NCBI GenBank assembly: GCA_034780895.1
Contig: JAUZTB010000076.1
Location: 76,310,293-76,374,292, forward strand
Direction of reading: 5' to 3'
Source of the DNA: Rhynchobatus australiae
Lineage: Eukaryota
Length of the DNA stretch: 64,000 bases
Of the stretch, positions 50,061 to 63,940 are shown piece by piece. Numbering within the stretch: position 1 is the first letter of the stretch; every line of letters starts with the position of its first letter. The notes under the pieces are model-generated. The model saw only the letters and a list, made by a program, of their open reading frames with translations, ran no database searches and was not told where the DNA came from. Made by a program: the position numbers and the translations under genes.

Positions 50061-53000
50061 CCTGTTTTGCTACATAGTCTTGATCAAACTCATTGGACAT
50101 AAGTTGTTTGTGGATAACTTTTTAACTATGTTGGGAGTGCTCTGAAATTAAATTTGGCTACATCATATAACAAAATGGGTGGCTGCGCATTGCTTGAGGA
50201 CTTTATCTCATTTACAATCTTTGTTTTCCTCTGTGTTCCAGAAGCTTTGTGAATTGTGCAGGTTGTCTAGCCTTTGAAACCTTCTACAATTCTAACTGCC
50301 TTGTTAGATCTCGTCATTTAGTGGTGCTTTTCCAAATGTCCTCCCGCCTCAGTATAACCCATCGTCTCCTGGGTGGCAAACTTTGAAACCTGTGTTATTA
50401 GCAGACCCCAGACCTTCCACATAGCTGGGTGCAGATTCCAGCCATGCTGCCATTTGTGCGTGCATGTGCTCCTCTGGGAGCCAAGCCTTTCAGCCAGCAC
50501 TGGAAGACGGCTGAGGTCTCTGGAGGCTCGCTTATTTCCATAAATTAGCAAGATGCTGGATCTAATCTGAAGTGGTAGGGTGTTTCCTGTTTTCTTTTGG
50601 GCTTCCAAAAAGAGCCTTGTTCACATCTTTCCCCCAGCTTCCCTCTTTAGCTAAAACACAAAGCAAAGCATGCTAGAATTCTTGATTCTGAATTAGTGAG
50701 TTGCTCCATGGATCATGTGTGTCAGATCCTTCGTTTAAAAGCTCAAGTTATTGATAGGATGTTTTCTTGCTCTTCTGATATTGTCAATGTGAACGAGACC
50801 CATTCTTTAGCATTCACCCATTAGGTCTTCTGCATACTAGCTACCTCACACACAACATATCACATTTCACATACAGCAGCATTCCAGGAATAAACCACCG
50901 AAGGGATCAAAGATGACCATCTTTGCTCTCTAATCTAATCTGCTTTCAGTCTAGCTGTTCAAAAGGTCAGGGGTTGTCTGGAGGCCTGTGCTTATCTCTC
51001 TCTTGCCTGATAGTGGTCAGACTAAAATATACATCATTGCATTGCTCAGCACAGACTTAGGAACTCGTTTGTTTCCAAGGGCAAAGTAATTTTTGACTGA
51101 CTTTCTCCTGATTTGTGCATTGGTTCTCAATAACTTTTGGTTCTTGCTCCCGGGTTACTTTTGAGTCTCCCAGTTGCCGTCACAACCCCTTCCTCTCAGT
51201 TCTAGTTATCACAGGTTTACTGTTGTCACTTGGGGTCATGCGGGAAATGAGCTTTGATCTCATTTACTGGTGTAATGTCCTTGTTTTAATGTTATAATAT
51301 CAGACACTTTGTCATATCCAATTAAGTTACATAGTATTACCATCTCATTGCAGTTCAGAGCTCTGGAAGTAATAAAGTAAAAATTGCTCCCCTTAAAATG
51401 GATTTTAAAAGTTCCCTGTTTGAACCAATATATGAATGCAGTTGCTTAGTGTCTGAAAAATTTTTATTGTGAAATTATTTTTATTTGGTCCTAAAACTCA
51501 TCCTGCAACCCTCCCTCCCCCCGTCCTAAATCTGAACACTGATAAAGAACATTGAGCCTCTGAGAGGAAAAGCTTTAGCCTTTTACTTGGAAATGCATGT
51601 TCAGCATGCATTAGAGTGCATGTGCACAGATATGTTTATAATGTGCATGATAAATTACTTGGGGATTAGAGCCCATGTTGGCAACCTCCCAATCTACGTT
51701 GGGGGTATTAGTGTTCCCTCACCAATTGCAGCCCAGTACCATGACTACTGAATAAAGGATGAGCCTGCTACATTGGCCTGCAGCAGGTGCTGAGAGACCT
51801 GTTACTTGATTTCATCATCATCAATCTCTTCGTAGGATGCATCTATCCATGTTGATGTTGGAATGACCACTGCACAGTCCTGGATTCTTAAATCCCACCT
51901 TCACACCAAGAGCAACCTCTGTTATGTTGTGTGGGCCTGCGACCTTTCTCAATAGACTAGATTGAGATCTGAGATCCACATGCTGATGTGGGCCTTCAGT
52001 GCTGGAATTGTTTTCCACCTGAATCATGGCCAAGCATGTCCTTCAGTCCATCATTCCCTTTGTGCCAGAGACCAACATTGGCTCAGTGGAGAGTGCAGAA
52101 GGGCATCCTGGGGTGCTGCATCAAGTGTATGTAAAACACAAAATGCTAACCTGATGAAGCCATACCCCAAAGCTACAAGCACGTGAAAGCAGCACGCCGC
52201 AGTCAAAACCGATGCACCAGGTCAAAGCTCCGCTGCACTGGNNNNNNNNNNNNNNNNNAGTGGTGGGCATTTCAACAACTGACATGAGGTGGCAGCCCCA
52301 TGAATCCGCCTCGTCCTTGGAGGCTGGAGCCCAGCATGCAAGTGCAAAGTAAAAACAAGGTTAAATAAAAATGTGTGGCCATCTTCGGACGGAAGCGCTG
52401 AGGTGAGTAACCAATATCTGCCTGCTCCCATGACAGAAGGTCGTTTAGTGATATCTGGAAATGATTGACTGTATTGGGTCCAGTGAAGGCTATGGCCCCT
52501 GACAAAATGCTGCCTGCAGCGCTGAAGACCTGTGCTCTAGAAATAGCCACATCTCCAACCAACCTGTGCAGTACTACTACAACACCAGGATTGGCCACTG
52601 TATGGGGAATTGGTCTCGTATGTTCTACCCCAAAGAGCAAGACAAATCTGGTCTGGCAAACTACCATCCCATTAATCTACTCTCAATCACTTGCAAGATC
52701 TAACAATGCTATTAGGTAAACTTACCAATGTCCAGTGCTTAGTTGGGGTTTTACCAGGACCATTTGCTGCAGGTGTCTGCAGTGATAGAATCATCCAGCA
52801 CGCAAGCAGGCCCTTCGACCCAACTGGTCCAAGTCAACCAGGACCCCCCATTCAAGCTAGTCCCATTTTCCAGTGTCTGGCCCATATCCTTCTAAACATT
52901 TCCTATCCATGTATTTTTTTCAACAGTCTTTTAAAAGTCATGAGATCCAATGTGATTAAAGAGCTGAATTCTAGAGATGAGCTGAGAATGACTGTCCTAT

Positions 53001-53399
53001 TCACTTAATAACATCAAGGTATCCTAATAGTAATGTGAGACACTCTCATTTGGCTGGAGAGATATTTAGCATAAAAGCAGGTGGTTGTAGTTGTTGGAGG
53101 TCATTTGGCTTGGCCTTGGTACATTGCTACAGTAGCTCCTCAGGACAGTGTACTTAACTAAACCATAACAACTGTCTTTCATTAAAACATCAGAATTGGG
53201 AATGTTACCCCCAGAGGTTTCACAAGGTTCAATTCACTTTGCAATTGCAGAGAAAATTCTGTGGTCCTACATCACATACAAGACCTGCAGAACATTCAGG
53301 AATAGGCTGATAAGAGCAATGATTATTGCACATGATAAGGGCCCAAGCTATTTCAGAGTAACATGGTGCAGTGGCTAAAAGCGAAAAGGACTAAATCTG

Positions 53400-54300
53400 T
53401 CAATTTTAGGTGGGCAAGCTGTAACTAATAGGGTGCCTTACCCATTTCCTATAATAAATACTTAGGCAATGGGACCAGGTGGGATGTCTCAAAAGTTTGC
53501 TGATGATGCTAAGAAGGACATGAAAGTTATTTGTGATAAGGACACAGAATCTGCAAAGGGACAAAATTAGGTTGTACATAGGCAAAACCATGACAGGCGG
53601 AATATTATGCAGAGAAATGTGCAATTATTCACTTTGAAAGGAAGAACAGAAAAGCAGGTTACTTAAATTGTCTGAGACTACAGAACACTGCTGGACAGAC
53701 AACCTAAGGTATTTTCATAGGTGAAGCACAAATTTAGCATGCAGGTAGAGCATGTAAATGGCATGTTCTTTGTTACAAGAGGGATGGACTGCAAGAATAA
53801 GGGAGCCTTGCTGCAAAAATGCAGGACTTTGAAGCCACACCTGGAGGATAGCATACAGTTCTGGTTTCCTTATCTAAGGAAAGATTTATTTGCCATGAAT
53901 GCAAAGTGAAAAGATTCACAAGGTTGATTCTTGGTATGGAGTTATGTTACGAGGAAAAAATAAGCAATTTGAACCTATACTTTCTGGAATTCAGGATGAG
54001 GAGGAGGAGATGATCTTATTGAAACATATCAGATCTGGAGGAGTCCAGATGGGGTAAATTTTGAGGATTTTTTCCTCTGATGAGGGAATCTGCAAGAAGG
54101 AAGCAGAGTCTTAGGGTGGTNNNNNNNNNNNNNNNNNNNNNNNNNNNNNNNNNNNNNNNNNNNNNNNNNNNNNNNNNNNNNNNNCTCCATAGAACTTTGG
54201 AAGTTGTGTGTATTCAAGAGAGAAACTTCTGGACTTTAGGGCAATGAAAACCAGGTGGAAAGGCAGGATCATGTCAATGATGGTCTTCTTGAATGCTACA
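53400..54300 (+). mobile_element. CR1 fragment
   Basis: KFADD codons (AAGTTTGCTGATGAT); PHLEDSIQFWFPYLRKD. Confidence 0.8.
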
Positions 54301-54849
54301 GAAGGTTTGAGGGACTGCATAATTCTGCAGTTATTACCACAGGGACAGCAGTGGATCAAGAAGATGGATGCCCAGCATCATCTGGGCAACATCTGCTGCC
54401 CTTGCTGACAACACTCACATCCTGTGATAGAATAAAAAGAATGTTGTTCAATATTTGCCAAACTGGAGTCTTGACACATAAAAACAAATATAGCACTGAC
54501 GTCTTCATAACTATCTTTGCAACTTGGCTTACAGTCATAAGCGATGGGTTACTTCTTTGCTTGTCAGTCTTTGAAAGACCTTGGGGCAGAGGTGGGTGGA
54601 GATTGGACTCAGCCACCACCACTGCAGTTTCCGGCACAAATTTGAAAACAAAATGTGACTTGACAAACTAGACATCTCCCTATAGCTGTAACTTTGTAAT
54701 TTTGGAAAACTAGTTTCTGTTCTTCTTTAAAAGAAAAAAACATTTGTTCAGTGTCATAACATATTTTGTGGATTTGCAAAATTTGTTAAAAGAGATTGTA
54801 ACATAGTTTGAGATACAATCTGTCCAAAGAGATGCCACTGAATTTGATT

Positions 54850-55510
54850 GAAATGTATTTCAGTCCAGTTGTGAGAGTGCAGAAGAGAGGGAGAGACTGA
54901 CAATGAGGAGATGGAGGGTGATAAAAGTCAAGTTGACCTTGAATTTGTGGGAGAGGGTTTCAGTGCAAGGAATGAAAACCTTGTGTTGTATCTGGACCTT
55001 CCTGGGTGATGGAGCCAATGGGATTTTGTGGCTCTTGAATTTGCGATCATGTGGTTTGTTATCGTAGCAGAGAAAAGCTGGGGTGGGAATATGGTACAAA
55101 CAAAGTCAGTGAAGTCAGAGGCTGTATTTAAGGGATTGACAGAGGTGGCTTGATGTGAAAGCAAAGAGAGAAATTGGGATTTGGGAGGCGAACTGGGGAT
55201 AATTCTTCTCTGCCGGGTTAGAGTTGGTGTTGCACATGGTGTAGGGAATTGCAAACTGTTTGGCAATGGCTTTTTCTGTGAAGGTGAGTTTGAAGAAGGT
55301 AAGGTATTAGGTAATAGTAAGATGGAGGGCACAGGAAGGAAGCTGAAAGCATGAAGAATTTACTGAACTCACTGGGGGAAATAGGAAGGTTTAGTTGAGG
55401 AAGGTGATGAGGATTTGGATTGGAAGCTAAAAGCCTGTTTAAAAAGAAAAATTTCAAGGGGAGCTGAGGGAAACTTGCAGGATGAAATTGACATCAAAGT
55501 TATGGGTTCT
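54850..55510 (-). mobile_element. Old L2 LINE remnant
   Basis: Purine-rich decayed RT region typical of L2. A matching L2 3' end lies at ~56480-56860. Confidence 0.45.
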
Positions 55511-56879
55511 CTGATCATTTTTCGTATTTTCTCACACTATTGAAAAGGCCATTTGGTCCATCAAGCCCATGCTGGATTTTAGAGCAATCCCATCAAATCC
55601 AGTTTTCCATGTGTTTCCCAGTAACGTATTTTTTCACATTCCCATCATTTTCCACCATCCAGTATGTTCCTTGTGTTTTCCCTTCAGGATCTCTACCAGC
55701 CAACATATCTGGGAGGAAACTGGAGCATCTGGGGGAAATCCAAAGGTTCTAAACTGATAAATGATCAATGCTTTGAGTCCTCAATACAGTCCCTCCACCT
55801 CTGTTGAAAAAGCAATTACCCAGTCTGTGGTTTGGGCCTACAGAATCATTCTGTTATGTTTAATAACTCCAGCACCTGGTATCGCTGCGGAGCTTCCCCT
55901 CATTCACTCCAGTTCACTAGTTCTGAGGTTCATTCCTGTTCCTTTTATATTTGCCTGTTTATTGCAGATTACCTCCTCTGTATTGCGGAAGTGAATAGCT
56001 CTTAGTAGTTTCCCCCTGAGATCTTGGTCAATTTACTTGTCTATCTTTGCTCACTATGATCTACCCTGATAATCTGAACAACCGGAAATGATCACAGTAA
56101 TTTGTTTTCTTTTACACCCTGCAATATGATCCTTGTGGAAAGCAAATGAAAATGAAGAATCTGGTATCTGAAACAAAAAATCTGTCAAATGTATCGCCTG
56201 ATCTGACCTCGCCTAACCTAATCTGTTTTGCGTCTCACTTCTCCCCACAGCTCTGCTTTGAAATCGGTAAACCCTCCGCTCTTCCTCCAGTTCTGAGGAA
56301 GCATCATTGACCTGAAACATGACTGGTTTCTCTTTCCACAGATGCTGTTTGACTGGCTGACTTCTTCCAGCATTTCAGTTATTATTGAGTGTGATCCTGT
56401 TGTTTGGCTTTCAGTGCCTCTTTGCATTTGCTCATCCTCTCACTATAACATAACCACAGCTGCTGGATCATTACACAACAGCACCAAATTGTATTTATCA
56501 AGTGTCTCAAGAGTAGGAGAACCCTTCCAAGGTGCTTTAGGGGAGCATTATCAAATGAAATTTAATACTGAGCCACACTAAGGTAAATAGCCAAAGCTCT
56601 GATGAAAGAAAGGTTTAGAGCATCTTGAAATAGGAAAAAGAGGGAGAGAGGCAGAGGGATTTGGAGAAGGATTTCAAAACCTCCAGCTGAAAACACAGGC
56701 ACTACAGATGCAGTGAATAGATTGAGGGATTAGCAAGAGGAATGAATTGGAGTACTTGGTCATCTCAGGGACTGTGGGTTGAGGTAGATTATAGAAAAGG
56801 GAGCAGCTTCAGAGAAAATAATAGTCAAAATTGAGGTAATACTTTGAAAGTGGTCAATGTAAGTCAAAGCACAGAGTAC

Positions 56880-57765
56880 ATTTGTGAAATTGTTAAACAA
56901 AATTAGAGCACAAAGTGTTGGGTGTAATAGTCTGGCATGGATTGATGATTTGTTAAAATTCAGGAAGCAGAGTAGGAATTAACTGACCATTTTCAGATTG
57001 GTGCTGTAGTCCCAGCTGTTCACAATGACTATCAATGGCTTAGATGAAGGGATCAAGTGTAACGTATCCAGGTTCACTGATGATAGATAGCCAAGTGGCA
57101 GTGTGGGCAATGAGTAGGATGTAGGGAGCCTTTGGGGGAAATGAATGGGTAAGGACCTGGCAGATGGAATTTAATGTGGGGGAAAACGTGAGGCCATCCA
57201 TTTTGTTGAAATATAATGAAAAGGTGTAGTATTTTCAAACGCTGGTAATTTGAAAGATACTGGGGTCCAGAGAGACCTTGGTGTCTGAGTGCATGAACAA
57301 CTGAAAGTTAATGTGTAGGTTCTGTAAGCAGCTAGTAAGGCAAACAAAATTTTGGCTTTTATTGCAAAAAGATGAGTATAAGGGTAAAGATAACCTGCTT
57401 CAGTTAAGTAAAGCCCTTGCAATATATTGTATCCAGGCCAGGGCTCCCTACTTGAGGATGGATGTGAGTGAAGGAAGCATGAACATTTATTAAACTGATT
57501 CCAGGTTAGCAAGTTTGTTGTATGCTGTCAATCTCAGAAAAATATGCAGATTTTAAAGGGACTTGACAAGGTTGATGCTGAGTTGGTGTTCCCCCTCACC
57601 GGGATATCATGAAATTGGGGTCACATGCTCAAAATAAGGGGTTGGCCAATCAGAGATGAGAAGAAATTTAACCACCCAGAGGGTAATGAATCTTTGGAAT
57701 TCTCTTTCCAAGAGAAATGCAGAACCTCAGGCATTCAATATATTCAAGGAAGAGGTTGATAACTT
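56880..57765 (+). mobile_element. CR1 fragment
   Basis: TGGCAGATGGAATTTAATGTG; AGAGGGTAATGAATCTTTGGAATTCTCT. Confidence 0.8.
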
Positions 57766-58569
57766 ATTACCATTTCTTTAACAGAAGCTTACATTGTTTT
57801 GTACCTACTATACATCTTATGGCCTCCTCCTAGATCTACCTTGTATTACTATAAATGGATTTTGGTATGAGCTGAGATGGGCTTGAGTATTAAATATGTC
57901 AGATTCCTTTGCAGTTTGGCAATTTCAGCTGCGTCCATGTTTTGTGGGTTGACCCCATGATTTGTTGATCTTTGGCTTGTTCTGCTGGGTTGGAGTAATT
58001 TTGTTTCTATTAACTTGGATCCATCATTTTGGGTTTACCCTGGGTCTTGACTATTTTGTGTTTTGATCTTGTACTTGGTTTACCTCATATTGTGACTGCC
58101 CTTTGCTTATTTCACGCTCTTCTTGTGGTTTGCTTCTTTTGATTCTGCCTGTGTTTTGATTAATGTGAATTTTTCCTTTGGATTGGATTCTTCCCGCAAT
58201 CCCCCACTGCCTACTTTGTGGAATTCCCCACTCGTCCTGTGTCAGACATAGTGCAGTCCATTAGCTGAAGATAAACCATCACAAGAGAGTTTAATTACTA
58301 TCGAACAAATTCTAAATTAATTGAGTTTCTTTACAGGTTAATGAAGTTTACAGGTTAATTGAGTTTTTGAACATTTAGAGCTATCAGAAGATTTTTTGTG
58401 TTTTACTTTAAGTTTTACAAATTTCAAAAATGTTATGATGCTTATGTTTTTTTTAAAGTCTAATGATGTACATAAGCATTCCAAGTTTGTGATACGTTCT
58501 ATATTTCTTCACAACCTAAAACATAAATTCCATGCTATGTCAGCTCACCGAACGATCCAGTGACCTGTT

Positions 58570-58815
58570 ATCACCATATTCCCTTCGACTCCCCCCAGGT
58601 TCTACAACCCACCTGACTAGGGGCTATTTACAGGAGCCAATTAACCTGTCAATGGTTTTGACCTGTGGGTGGAAGCTGAAGCACGCAGAGGAAATGCACA
58701 AGGTCACAGGAAGAACTTGCAAATTCCACAGAGACAATACCGGAGGTCAGGATCGAACCCTGGTTGCTCGAGCTGTGAAGCAGCAGATCTATTGGCTGTG
58801 TCACTGTGTGCTGCC
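58570..58815 (-). mobile_element. HE1-like V-SINE, decayed
   Basis: GGAGGTCAGGATCGAACCC is the reverse-complement B box; V-domain remnants present. Confidence 0.75.
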
Positions 58816-59259
58816 TGTGACTGTCAGCTAAGCTTGGGTTATGGCTTAACCAGCTGTCAAAGGTTTCTCTGTTGCTTCAGGTTCCTGCACACCCACGTGA
58901 CGGAATTATTGATTCATAAGCCCCTGCCCCCTCACACTTGAGGTTTGCGATCAGCAGTGCATTGAAGCCAAGGAACTGGAAAACCTAGTTTTCTCCTTGC
59001 AGTATAGATCAGAAGTGACTGAGGATGGCTCACCACCAAATGCAAGGCTCACGCTAAAACTTCTGGTTATTGATTTTGCATCAGGACGGGAGAATGTTAG
59101 GGATATTACTAGTTAAGCAAAAAAATCACATTGGAAAGGAGAGCAGAAATTCTTCATCATGTACCTTGCTAGAAGAGGATGAGCAGAGAAATATTTAATA
59201 ATACAAAAGCAAAAGTGCTTTTGACATTTTGGGAACTGATATGAATAGAGTAGAAACAG

Positions 59260-60510
59260 GAAACAAAACTGGAAAATACTGGAAATACTCAGCATTATCA
59301 GGCAACATCTATGGAAAGGGCAACAGAGATAATTTTTCAGATCAAACCTCTTTCATCAGAACTGGGAAAGAGAAATACGTTTGTTATAAGTCGTAGAGAG
59401 GTTTGGGAAGGAATGGGAAAAGGAAGTCTCTCTGCCTGGGTGAGGCCAGGGTTGCTATTGGGGATAAGTTGTAGAGGTCATCTGATGACAGGTTAATGTG
59501 GACAATTAGAGAGTGAGAACACAAACAGGGGAACAGAAAAGTTGTGAAATGTGGGCTGGAAGATGTGCCCAGCAGGTCAGCCTGTGCCAATGGAGGAAAA
59601 AGCTGTGGGAATTTCACAGATGGATGACGTACAGCAGTTCTGACACAGACAGAGGAAATGATTTACCTGAAGGTGTGGAATTCCATATCGTGTCCAGAAA
59701 GCATTGTATCCAGATGGCAGATGAGATGCTGTTTCTTGAGTTTGCGGTGGAACCTCATTACAAAAATATAGGAGGCCACGGACAGGTCAGAGTGGGATAG
59801 TTTTGGGCAACAGGGAGCTCAGAGTTGCCCTTACCATCTGAACACAAAGCAATCACACATTCCAGGTGTGGTTTCTCCAATGTGGAGCAGACCAATTCAT
59901 TACACGGTGCGTTGAGGTAGTACAAAGTAAAACAATACAGAATGCAGAGTAAATTGTCACAGCAACAGAAAAAGTTCAGTACAGGTAAAAGTTCAGTACT
60001 GCATTGTAAACACTGAATGCAGTACACAGGACTGGACAATGTGCCAGCGTTGCATTGCTTGGAAGGACTGATTGGATCCCTGGGTGATGGGAAGGGAAAA
60101 GGTGAAAGGACAGGTACTGCATCTCCTTCAGTTCAATGAGAAAATGCCAGAAGAAGGGAAGTGGTTGGTGGAGATCGAAGAGCAGACCAGCATGTTGTGA
60201 GGTCCCTCTGAAATGTTGAAAGAGGAAGGATGGGAAGACATGACTGGTGGTGGAATCTAGTTGAAGCTGGCAGAAATTGCAAAGGATGATCTGTTGACGA
60301 CAGAGTCTCATGATGTGGAATGTGAGGACCAGGGTAACTCCATCCTTCCTCTATCCTGGAGGAGGGGGAATGAGAGCAGAGGTGCAGGAAATAGATGAGA
60401 TGTGGTCAAGGGCTCAGTCAGCTATAATAGAGGGGAAACCATGGTTCAGAAAGAAGCTAGACATCTCAAATGCAGTTGTGAGGAACATCTCATCAGTGCA
60501 AATATGATGG
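59260..60510 (-). mobile_element. Penelope-like element, GIY-YIG region and terminus
   Basis: Minus-strand VYCIQC..C remnant (cf. VYCIRC..CGLLYIGET); terminal GCTGGAAATACTCAGCA-type repeat. Confidence 0.75.
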
Positions 60511-60574
60511 AGACATAGTCATACAGCACAGATATAGGCCCTTCAGCCCAACAAGTCCATGCTAACCATGGAAT

Positions 60575-61690
60575 TAGAACTGGTTTATTGTTGTCACTTG
60601 TATCAAGGTACAGTGAAAAGTTTATCTTGCATACCGTTCATACAGACCAATTCATTACACGGTGCATTGAGATAGTACAAGGTAAAACAATACAGAATGC
60701 AGAGTAAATTGTCACAGCAACAGAAAAAGTTCAGTACTGGTAGACAGTAAGATTCAAGGTCATAATGAGGTAGATTCTGAGGGCAAGAGTTCATCTTATT
60801 GTACTAGGGAACCATTCAGTGGTCTTATAACAGCAGGATGGCAGCTGTCCTTGATCCTGGTGGTACGTGCTTTCAGGCTTTTGTGTCTTCTGCCTAATGG
60901 GAGAGAGGAGAAGAGAGAATGTCCTGGGTGGGTGGGGTCTTTGATTATGCTGGCTGCTTCACCAAGGCAGTGAGAAGTGTAGACAGAGTCCATTGAGGGG
61001 AGGCTGGTTTCCGTGATGTGCTGGGCTGTGTCCACAATTCTGCAGTTACTTGTGGTCAAGGACAGAGCAGTTATTGTACCAAGCCGTGATACATCCAGAT
61101 AGGACGCTTTCTATGATGCATCGATAAAAGTTGGTGAGTGTCAAAGGAGACATGCCAAATTTGTTTAGCCTCCTGAGGAAGTAGAGGCACTGGTGAGTGT
61201 TCTTGGCTGTGGCGTCTACATGGTTGGACCAGGACAGACTATTGGTGATGTTCACTCCCAGGAACTCAAGGCTCTCAACCCTCTCGACCTCAGCACCATT
61301 GATGTAGACACCAACTCTTTTGTTTTGCTGACATTGAGGGAAAAATTGTTGTCATGACACCATGTCACCAGGCTCTCTATCTCCTTCCTGTACTGCGACT
61401 CGTTATTTGAGATTCAGCCCACTATGATGGTATCATCTGCAAACTTGTAGATGGAGTTAGAGCAGAATCTAGCCATGCAGTCATGAGTGTGTCGGGAGTA
61501 GAGTAGAGCGCTGGGGACGCTGCCTTGTGGGACACCAGTGTTGAGAATAATCTTGGAGGAGGTGTTGCCTGTCCTTACTGATTGCGGTCTGTTGGTCAGA
61601 AAGTCAAGGATCCAGTTGCAGAGGGAGGTGTTGAGTCCCGGGTCTCGGAGTTTGGTGATGAGTTTGCTTGGAATTATAGTATTGAAGGGG
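60575..61690 (-). mobile_element. Rex1/Babar non-LTR retrotransposon, 5'-truncated
   Basis: [35 protein letters not shown]...TGVPQG...KFADDT and LYFLRRL.KFGMS...TNFYRCIIESVLSGCITAWY; tail AATAAACCAGTTC. Confidence 0.9.
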
Positions 61691-61694
61691 TGCC

Positions 61695-62097
61695 CATCCA
61701 TCTAGTCCCAATTCCTGCGTTCAGCCCATATCCCTCACCTTTGCACATACCTATCCAAGTGCTTCTTAAATGATGCTATTGTACCTGCCTCAACAGCTTC
61801 CTCTGACTGCTCATTCCCTATACTCACCATCCTCTGTGTGGAAAAAGTTGCTCCTCAGCTCCTTTTTAAATCTTTCTCCTCTCTCCCTAAATCTATGCCC
61901 CTAGTTTTTGACTCCCCTACTCTGGGGGAAAAGATTGCTACCATCCACCTTATCCATGGCCCTCATGATTTTATAAGCCTCTGTAAGATCACCCATCATT
62001 CTCCTACGCTCCAAGGAATAAAGACCCAGCCTGGCCAACCTCTCCCTATAACTTGGGTGCTCCCGTTCTGGCAGATCATCGTAAGTCTTCTCTGCAC
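61695..62097 (-). mobile_element. CR1 3' fragment nested in the Penelope element
   Basis: Reverse-complement of the YKIMR..D / TRGH region and tail. Confidence 0.8.
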
Positions 62098-62400
62098 AGA
62101 GGAACCTTGAGAATGGAACAGAGTCCTTCCAGGAGGCACGGTGGGAGGAAGCATAGTTGAGGTAGCTGTGGAGTCTGTGGGCTTGTGGTAATGAATGTTT
62201 ATCACTAGGATGTCCCCTGAGCTAGAAACAGAGAGATCCAAGAAAGGAAGAGTCAGAGAAGGACCATATGAAGGTAGGAGCAGGGTAGAAATTGGCAGCA
62301 AAAGTAATGACATTTTTGGGTTCTGTATGCAGACATTGATGAACCAGAATAAAGGTTGTATGACAATGCCCAAGTATGAGTGAAACAAAGACTGTTTCAC
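62098..62400 (-). mobile_element. Penelope-like element RT C-terminal fragment (continuation of 59260-60510)
   Basis: LPFLDLSV...Y.KPTDS motif. Confidence 0.75.
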
Positions 62401-63589
62401 GTACCCAGTAAAGGATGGGCAAGTATCAATAGCTCCACCTTTGATCTGGAGAAAGTGAGTGGAGTTAAAGTGTTGTTCAACAGGAAAATGAGATCAGCCA
62501 GATGAATGTGTGTGTTGGTGAATTGTAACGAATTGAACAACTTCAGATAATAACTTTCTCTGTTTCTGTCAGATTTGCTAGCTCTGCTGTAAGTCTGTGA
62601 AATTCCCTCAGTTTTGCTCTGTCCATTAGCACACTGTGACCTGCTGAGCACATTCTCCAGCCCTGCATTTTGCAATTTTTGTGTTCCTTGTTATTCTCGC
62701 TCTCTAACTGCCCTCATTTCATAGCTTTTGTTTATTTTCCCCCTCTAACCACCTTCATTACTCCAGCAACAGACTAACCTCTGCAACTTATCTGACCTCA
62801 CCCTATCAGGGATGCTTCCTTTTTCCTATACATTCCTCCCACACCTTCCCTGCAAGTTAATACGAACTTGTTTTCTTTCCTTTCCATTTCTGACACAGGG
62901 TCTTGGACCTGAAGGGTTAACTCTGGTTCCCCCTTCCACAGATGTTGCATGCTTTCCAATATTTTCTGTTTATATTTAATCTGCAGATTATTTAATATAT
63001 TTTCAGGGTATAGGAAATACTCTGTAGGTTGAGTACCATCCGTGCAGATAGAAATGAGATTAACTTTTTAAAACAGCAACGTGAAAGTCATACTCAGTTG
63101 GAATCAAGGGAGAGTTCTCCATTGGTGACAAGACCACGGAGCATGCTCATTGCCTACAGGGCACGTCAAGAATGTGATGATACATATTCCACTTGCCTGG
63201 ATAAATTCAGCTGCAGAATCACTTGGCAAAACTACTGTGCACAAAATAGCCCACTTGATAGGCATGACCTTCATTTCTTCTCTCCACTGCCAGCGCACCA
63301 TAGCTGTGGTGTCTGCAGTCCATGAGATGTATGTGGCAATGTTCCAAAGTGACCACCACAGCAACTCTCCAACTCCCAACCCCTGCTACCTAGAAGGACA
63401 AGGTCGGCTGGCATATTGGAGTACCACCACCTTCAGTGATCATCCAAGTGGAAAAATATCGTCCGTCTTGCTCTGGGGGTCAAAATACTGGACTCCCCAC
63501 TCAGCAGTAGCTCAAGGCAGTGGTTCACCTTATGCCAGGCAATTTGGGATCAGTTTCATCGGAGACCCACCCAACTGTAAATGATTAAA

Positions 63590-63940
63590 AGCATTTGTAT
63601 TTAGCAAGGTATTTTGTGTTTGTTAACAAGTCACGGGGAAACAACAATGAAAAATTAAGAAAGCTAATGTCCTGTTACCTTTTAAGTGAAGGGTTTAAAT
63701 GCAATTTGGAGAGTTTTGGTTACAGTTGGAGTACTGTGACTGGTTTCACTCTCTTGCCCAAGGATGCATTGCAGTTGACTCAGAATTTGAAAAGGAGGTT
63801 CACTGGATTTATTCTGAGGGCTTTCCAGGAGAAAAGGTTTGATTGGGACGAGGCCGTATTCTGGGGACTTCAGAAGCACAAGAAGTGATCTCATTGAAAC
63901 GCATACATTTACCAGAGGGCTTGACAAGGACAGTACTGGA
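63590..63940 (+). mobile_element. Old CR1 fragment
   Basis: AAGGATGCATTG...AGGAGGTTCACT...GTGATCTCATTGAAAC. Confidence 0.6.
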
